From positions 8,049,063 to 8,113,062 of the forward strand of contig CM119270.1 of assembly GCA_051294375.1 (NCBI GenBank): 64,000 bases of DNA, given 5' to 3'. The stretch comes from Paraspadella gotoi (taxonomy: Eukaryota > Animalia > Chaetognatha). This document shows positions 57,387 through 64,000 of this stretch, in pieces; position 1 is the first letter of the stretch; each line of letters opens with the position of its first letter. A model generated the notes under the pieces. The model saw nothing but the letters and a program-made list of their open reading frames with translations. It made no database searches and had not been told where the DNA came from. The translations under genes and the position numbers were made by a program.

Positions 57387-58898
57387 GGAAGGGAAGAAAT
57401 GAAATGAAATAAAAAGAAAAGGGAGGAAATAAAACAGAAAGAGAGGAAAAGAAAATGAATGATGGAAGGAAGGATATGAAAAGAAATAAAAAGAAAAGAG
57501 AGGAAATAAAACAGAAAGAGAGGAAAAGAAAATGAAGAGAGAAAAATGGGAAATGGTTAAAGAATCTAAAAATAAGATAAAAAGAAATGTTTTGCAATAG
57601 TTGGGATATTTAGGAACAGGAGGAACGGAAAGCTTTCTAGAGGGCGTTGGCTCCTGGGCGCCCTGAGATGTGAAAGGGTTTTTTTGAGAGGCTCACTCTA
57701 TTTATTCAAAAAGAAAACAAGATCCAGTTTTGAATTAAACCATAGTCGTAGCATCTGTTTCTTTACCGTATCTTTCTTTAATTTAAAAACATTAAAGTAT
57801 AATTAAAAGTTAAAATTTAAAACAATCTTTTTTATTTTTTTCAAATTTCACCTCGACGCTTCCTCAACTTTCTCTTTCTGGTCATCCTCATCTTTACCTC
57901 TTCCTTATTTGAGATTTCCAGAACCAATAACACTTCGTTTTTTCGTTTCTCATTGGATTCCCAAAAACGCATGATTTAGCTTTTTCTTAATTGTTTAAAG
58001 TAACCTTCACAGACGGACAGAAAAGTGTATTATAGCGTTGGGAGCCGTGACTTAAAAAAGTTGAACTACATTGTAAGCTTCCACAGTATGATCTATTATC
58101 CTCTTTCCATCCTGGAAACTTAGTTGAGTTTTTTTAATATGTCGTTGAACTTGTAAATTTTAACTTTCCAAATTATTATCATTAATAACGAAACTTCCTT
58201 TTTTTTTGGTTTCGGTCTGAGGTTTTTCGAGATTTGGCGATGAAAGCCAAGAAGGAAGAAGGAAGGACTTTTTGACATCTTCGCCTGTTGATAACGTCGT
58301 GATGAGTTATGAATGACTCCAGTGGATGACGCTTTTCTTGATTGATCGATCCTTCGATTCTTTTTAATTTAGAGTTGAACAGTGTACGAAAAATATATCA
58401 GTTTGAATGTGTATTAGATGTAAAGGCTTTTCCGAATTATGGAGAGGTTAATAAATCTAAAATATAAGGCGCCTCACCATGAAATAGCAACCGATAGAGC
58501 GTAAACCTATGTTAAACTTTCGAACAAATGAACGAGGAACTGATAGAAACTGGTGAAAATCAAGTTGGCTACTTTGTAAAACTAAAACCCCAAAATTAAA
58601 GCTGTGGTAATTTCTGTAGGTACTAAACGGTTGGAGTCTAAAATGGGAATAATCTCACGCAGATAAATGTTTTATTTAAAAAAAAAACCTACAACAAATC
58701 GGGTTTTGATTTGTGACGGAAAAAAAGGTCAACATTTACGACGGAGGTTTTTGCGAGTTTTAAAATCGAAAAAAAAAGCGGAAATCAATTTTTCGGTTTT
58801 TTTTTTCCTCAGACAACGTGAGAATTCGGCGGAACCATTGAGGCGTCGGGGGCTAATTTCCGGCTTTTCAAAGTGTAAATAAAATGTCTCGAGCCTCG

Positions 58899-58995
<97 letters not shown>

Positions 58996-59378
58996 GACCC
59001 GAGTGTAAACGCGGTCGATTCGTGCCAAATATCTTTTTTTGATTTTTCGTGTCTTTTCGAGTTTTAAACGAAAAAAAAAAATAAATTTTTTTGTGATTGT
59101 TAAAAAATTTAGTTTTTGTGGTTTCTACGTTCACTATAGAGCGAAACGTGATAGAGTGAGCCTATCGGTGAATACTTTTTATAGCAGTGTAAGTGGGATT
59201 GGTTGTTCTATATTTTGATATTCAGACAAATTGGTTATGCGTGAACCATTTGTCGTAAATAAAAGAAGTTATTTACTATGTAAGTATTCTCTCTCTAAAG
59301 GAGAGAAGCCCTCCCCTTTCCTTCCTTTGAACTGTCTTGGCCCGAGACTTCAAAATTTAACCCCCAGGATCGAAAAAC

Positions 59379-59412
<34 letters not shown>

Positions 59413-59469
59413 TCTTCTCCTCTGTCTCTCTCTCTCTCTCTNNNNNNNNNNNNNNNNNNNNNNNNNCTC

Positions 59470-59545
<76 letters not shown>

Positions 59546-59673
59546 CCAGGGAAAGATCGGCTTTCTCCCGTATTTCACCCAATTCCTCCCGCCCAAGCCT
59601 TCCCTCCCCTTCCTTCCTTTGAACTCGGTCTTTGGCCCGAGACTTCAAAATTTAACCCCCAGGATCGAAAAAC

Positions 59674-59706
<33 letters not shown>

Positions 59707-60714
59707 TCTCTCTCTCTCTCTCTCTCTCCTCTCCTCTGTCTCTCTTCTCTCTCTCTGTCTCTCTCTCAGCGGGGGAAGAAACGTGAGGGTGGACGAGGGG
59801 GAACGATTCCTTCAGAGGAGGAGAGGGAGAGAGCGGCAAAGAGAGATGCGGGTAGTAAATATCTGAAAAGGGATTGGGAGGTGAAGAAGGAGAAAAAAGA
59901 ATTAGGATTCTGAGGCCCGCTGGAAGGAGGGTAAGTTAAGCTGGAATTGGAATTGGATACCTCGAAAGAGAACGAGAAAAATTGATGTCGAGCAGAAGAA
60001 GAAAGGTGAATGTTCTTTTATTACATCAAATACGATCGTATGGCTACGTTATTATATATATTAAGAAATGAAAGATTTAAAGAAGCAATGGGTAAGGGGA
60101 GGACTGGGGTCCGGAGGGTAGGAAGGAAACTGCCCCTCGTATAAACACGGAAGCTGATGCTGTAGAGAGGGTAGAATCGGGGGAAGGGAGATTATGTCGG
60201 TTCATATTACAGCAGCGCAGCGCTGGAAAGCAGGAAGCTGAGCCGGTTGCGGTATCGGCTGCAGTATCGGCTTCGGTTCGGCGACGGCCGCGGCAGCGGA
60301 GCCGGCAGCGCAGCCGGCAGCGGAGCCGGGTCCACGTCCCGGGCCGAGAGATAATCTTCGCTCGGGGCGAAAACTGGGCAGTTGAGGAAGAGGGGGAGGA
60401 AAAAGGAGGAGGGGAGAGGAGGAGGAGATGTGGTTAGAGGAGGAGAAGGGAGGGAGGTGGAGAAGAGGACGAAGGTGGGAAGGGGTCAGGAAAAAAAGGA
60501 ACAATTTGAGACCCAAGTTAATCAAGGATCAGATTATTGTCAGTAGGTCATTAGTGTGCATCGTCTCCGTCGTGCATACCAATTCACGATTCGACCTGTC
60601 CAAACATTCCAAACGCCGCGCAGAGACAATCACCGCCGCGGTTCATCCCAGCGCGAACAGACATTTCAGAGAGAGAGAAGAGAGAGAGAGAGAGAAGAGA
60701 AGAGAGAAAGAGAG

Positions 60715-60749
<35 letters not shown>

Positions 60750-61708
60750 CACCGACGTCTGTTCTGTCCCACATATATCGAGAGGTTCTTTTACGTCTGT
60801 TTCCATCCCCGACGGAAACATACAACTAGAACCATCCAAGGTTCTATTTTTTTACGGGTAAAGTCGCTATGCCCCATACTTTCAAAACTCGTCAACGCCG
60901 TTTGACAGGTCATATACCGGAGGCAATGTTTACCTTCTGTCACTCAAAGAGGAAGCGTCTCCATAAAAAAACTTCGCGAATATGCGGGTTCCCCAACTAT
61001 TCACTCTCCAACTATTGTTTATGCTATTCATAGTCAATTTGCATAAAATAGAAAAAACAATAACGACAGAAATAGTTTTTTTATTTCAACACCGACAGAA
61101 GGCGTTAGTACAGAAAAGAAAATTAAAAAGCGTGACCAATCACCCCGCATATTTAAAATCGTTCGACATCGGTTTAGAAATATTTTTTTCAATTATATCC
61201 AAAAATCACGATAATATGGAAACCGCAAAATTTAATGAGTTTAAGACGAGGCATAAGGCAAATTTTACCAAACGAATAATCACGTTAAGAAAAAAAATTA
61301 CTGACTCGAAAACGAAAACTTAGCTAAGAAACGAACTATCTTCTCTATATACAAATAAAAACGCCAATTACTTCGAAACGAATGGATACGCAGCAGGACA
61401 CAAATATTAAAATTCAACGCATGCAAAACGAAATTATGACATTAGCAATAGAAAAAAATACAAAAAGCGAAATGAATCGCGGAAAGGTATAAAAGAAATT
61501 TCGGAGGCAACGGATAAAATTGTTTATACAATATTCAAAAAAGACAGAGACGACGGTCAAAGGACTACAAGACGAATTATTGAGAACATTAAAATTCACT
61601 AAAAATATTTTGGTGTAACAAGACAATTACAAGACCGCGAAACCGACGAAACTTTCGGACCCACTCCACATTACGTACAAGAAATTTTTAATCTTATTAA
61701 ATATCGAA

Positions 61709-62370
61709 ATGGAATTAGGTGACGACTCTTAACGATCTTCGCATCCCATTCGGTCCAATATCGCCATTGTCCGGTGCAATCGGGGGTCGGGAAAACGACG
61801 TTTTGTCCTACAATTTTTACGCAACGCGGGTAAGCTGCTCACCTTGGTTCCCCGACATATATTTACTATTTTTACGATTGCGCGCAAGAGGTCTTCACGA
61901 ACCCCGCAACAACAATCCAATTTCATAGAAGGCTTCGACGAAGAGTTTAATTTCCGAGGAGAACTTGAAGGACAGAAAGGCGGTGGTTGTGCTGGACGAC
62001 CGATCGGCGTCATCGACGCCGAAGCTCTCAGAGAATGATGACAAAATTATCGCATCACAGAGGATTCACGGCTTATATTTTGCTACACGATTGTTCTACA
62101 GAAACATTCCAATTTTACCATAACAGTCCTCTCGAAACACACATTATAAATATACTACTCCGCAACATGAGGGACAAGAATGGGGATAACGACTCTAGCA
62201 GACATTGTCGGATAAATATTCTTTTTTATGCGATAGTACGACGATGCTTGTAAGGAATCCTTACCAGCATTTTATTAATCGAATCTTCTCCGAGAGTTTC
62301 CCATTCTTGCCGTCTTCGCGCCAACATCCTCCCCTCCGATACGACGTCCACCCATCGTCTACATAGAGGA
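61709..62370 (+). pseudogene. A32/FtsK-HerA family DNA-packaging ATPase of Polinton type (frameshifted)
   Basis: Motifs read across frames in the expected order: Walker A SGVGKTT (61780-61800), FIEGFDEE (~61922), Walker B AVVVLDD (61980-62000), TKLSHHRG (62041), LRNMRDK (62158), YDDACKE (62237), RLRANILP (62311). Confidence 0.88.
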
Positions 62371-62404
62371 AGAAATCCGAAAATAAGGAAGAAAAAAAAG
62401 AGAA

Positions 62405-62730
62405 ATGAAATTAAAAGAAATTTTCCCATTTTACGAATACATTGCCTCATAACTACTAGCAACAAAAAATTTTTAAATCAAAGAGGCGGACCCAAACATC
62501 ATTAAAACCATTTGCGAAAATATTGTTTAATATAAGTCAGAGGCACAACATTTCACTAATCCCGAATCTCTACAGAAACTGAAAAAGTATAAAAAGGAAC
62601 TTAAAATTCTTGTGCCGTAAGAAACCATCGACGAAATCTCGACGACGTTTCTGCAGAAAGTTCGCGGTTTGATATTAAATTCCGTTCTCTCCGCCTCATT
62701 CCCACCCTCTCCCATTCAATATCTCTTAAA
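62405..62730 (+). pseudogene. Small conserved Polinton/adintovirus basic protein (resembles the ORF annotated GasderminX in adintoviruses), frameshifted
   Basis: Reads IKEADPNIIKTICE ... LQKLKKYKKELK ... RKKPSTKSRRRFLQKVRGLILNSVLSA. From memory this matches the ICE...KLKKYK..L...basic...hydrophobic-tail pattern of the ORF following the ATPase in Polintons. Confidence 0.65.
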
Positions 62731-62738
62731 AAATAATC

Positions 62739-63753
62739 ATGAGTCCTTCAAAAAATGTTAACAATGTTGACGGAGGAACAAACATAGATTTTTAAAAACA
62801 CCGAAAAAGCGGGACTACTGCCACCGGGAGACGCCGGAATTATTATGCAAAAAATATATAAAAAATCCATAGAAGATAAAAATATTGGAAAAAAAAAATG
62901 AAGAGAATAGAACTGGACTAATTGGGGGAACGCAATAGACCCATCATTCGTCGACCCCTGATCGATACTGGGTTTTAAACGGGAACAGAGTCGCTCCGGA
63001 GCCCGGAGAGACCCGCCACGGCCCGCCCAGAGGAAGCCAGAGAAGCGGAAGCGGCGCGACAGCGAGCGCCCCACCAGCCGTTAAGACCCAAACAAGTAAG
63101 AGACGTCGCGAAAATAATATCGCAAACATTAGCGCCTATATACGATCTAAGGGTAAGGTACTTACGCAGACTCAATTCCAAATTTCACTATAAACAGATA
63201 CAAAATAATCGTGAACCGGAACGCCTTAACCAGGAGAAACAAAGAGATCGTCGACGACTCTGTCTAGAGCGAGAAAGAGCCTGACTCACCCAGTAAACGA
63301 TTGCTGAACAACCATAGTAGAACAGATCCTAAACGAAAGATTTTATTTAATAACATACGAAGCGAAACAAATTTTAACAGACGCTTTGCGAGTGAAGAGC
63401 GGAAGAAATTGCAGCCACCGAGCCCGTCGTCCCCTACCCGCGCCCAGAAATCCAGATTCCGCAGCTACCGTTTTTAACGCCGGGCGGCGCCAAGAGACGA
63501 AGATAGCGATCCCGACACTCCATTTAAAGAGTTGCCCGTAATACCGGCTACATACTCCGAAGAGTCCCTTCGAAGAAACCATCGGACAAAAATCGGACAG
63601 CATGGAAAAGGAAAAAATCCAGAAAGGGAAAGAAGGAAAGGAAAAAGCCACAAAGAGGAAGCGGGGAAAAAAACGCAGAGAGGAAGCGGGGAAAGAAGAA
63701 AAATTCAACCGGGAGGCAGAACTCAGACAAAAAATGGGAAAAATTATTTTTAA
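62739..63753 (+). pseudogene. Uncharacterised Polinton ORF between the small ORF and the integrase (frameshifted, Lys/Arg-rich C-terminus)
   Basis: ATG at 62739, purine-rich coding-like composition, ending at TAA 63751-63753 that overlaps the integrase ATG (TAATG). The assignment is mainly positional. Confidence 0.45.
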
Positions 63754-64000
63754 TGAGAAAGCTTCGCAAGAATTATTACGCAACCAAAAGAAGTGGGGAG
63801 ATATTCCAACTTGAAGACCCCTTCACGATCGATTGAAGGAGGAGGAAAAAAGTACCAACAGACAGGGTCCTTTAGCAGTGAAGTTCGCGGTGGTTTTACC
63901 TCAACCGACATATTCGCTACATAAACCCAGGAGAATAAAATTCGAAAGATCGAACCATGAAGAAGCTTTACGTGAACGTACACGTGAACGCCGATCTCCG
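63753..64000 (+). pseudogene. Retroviral-type (RVE/c-integrase) integrase, N-terminal part, truncated by the window end
   Basis: MRKLRKNYY start, QPTYSLHKPRRIKFERS at 63902-63952 (Polinton YxLHKPxRxxFxR motif) and NADL at 63987-63998 (first Asp of the DDE triad, usually QADL). Confidence 0.85.

Larger units (their letters stand above)
60750..64000 (+). mobile_element. Polinton/Maverick (adintovirus-like) element fragment, frameshifted, continuing beyond the window
   Basis: Same-strand, tightly packed, apparently intron-free and microsatellite-free cassette with a recognisable packaging ATPase, small Polinton ORF and integrase N-terminus. The left boundary is approximate. Confidence 0.85.

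Noticed and set aside
60668-60749. (AG)n run as the Polinton 5'-AG terminus
   Set aside because: (AG)n tracts are ubiquitous in this window, and no TIR partner or TSD can be seen.

Overview
Eukaryotic, AT-rich, microsatellite-dense DNA from a noisy draft assembly with many N gaps. It is probably arthropod, but that is inference. One intact host gene is recognisable: a three-exon SoxC-group (Sox4/11/12, Drosophila Sox14-like) HMG-box transcription factor on + at 33986-36675. Positions 1-~15.7 kb are an indel-riddled second copy of ~18.8-35.5 kb, including a broken partial SoxC; this is most likely an assembly or read-consensus artefact. The last ~3 kb (about 60.8-64.0 kb) hold a frameshifted Polinton/Maverick (adintovirus-like) segment that the ORF track misses: an A32/FtsK-type packaging ATPase, a small conserved Polinton ORF, an unknown ORF and the start of a retroviral-type integrase running off the window. 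The rest is non-coding: (AG)n and other simple repeats, a 24-bp palindromic minisatellite, a phased array of GTCACGTGAC motifs and a GC-rich hairpin. Almost all other ORFs in the supplied track are spurious translations of simple repeats. I found no convincing wholly new system; the best leads are listed as findings.
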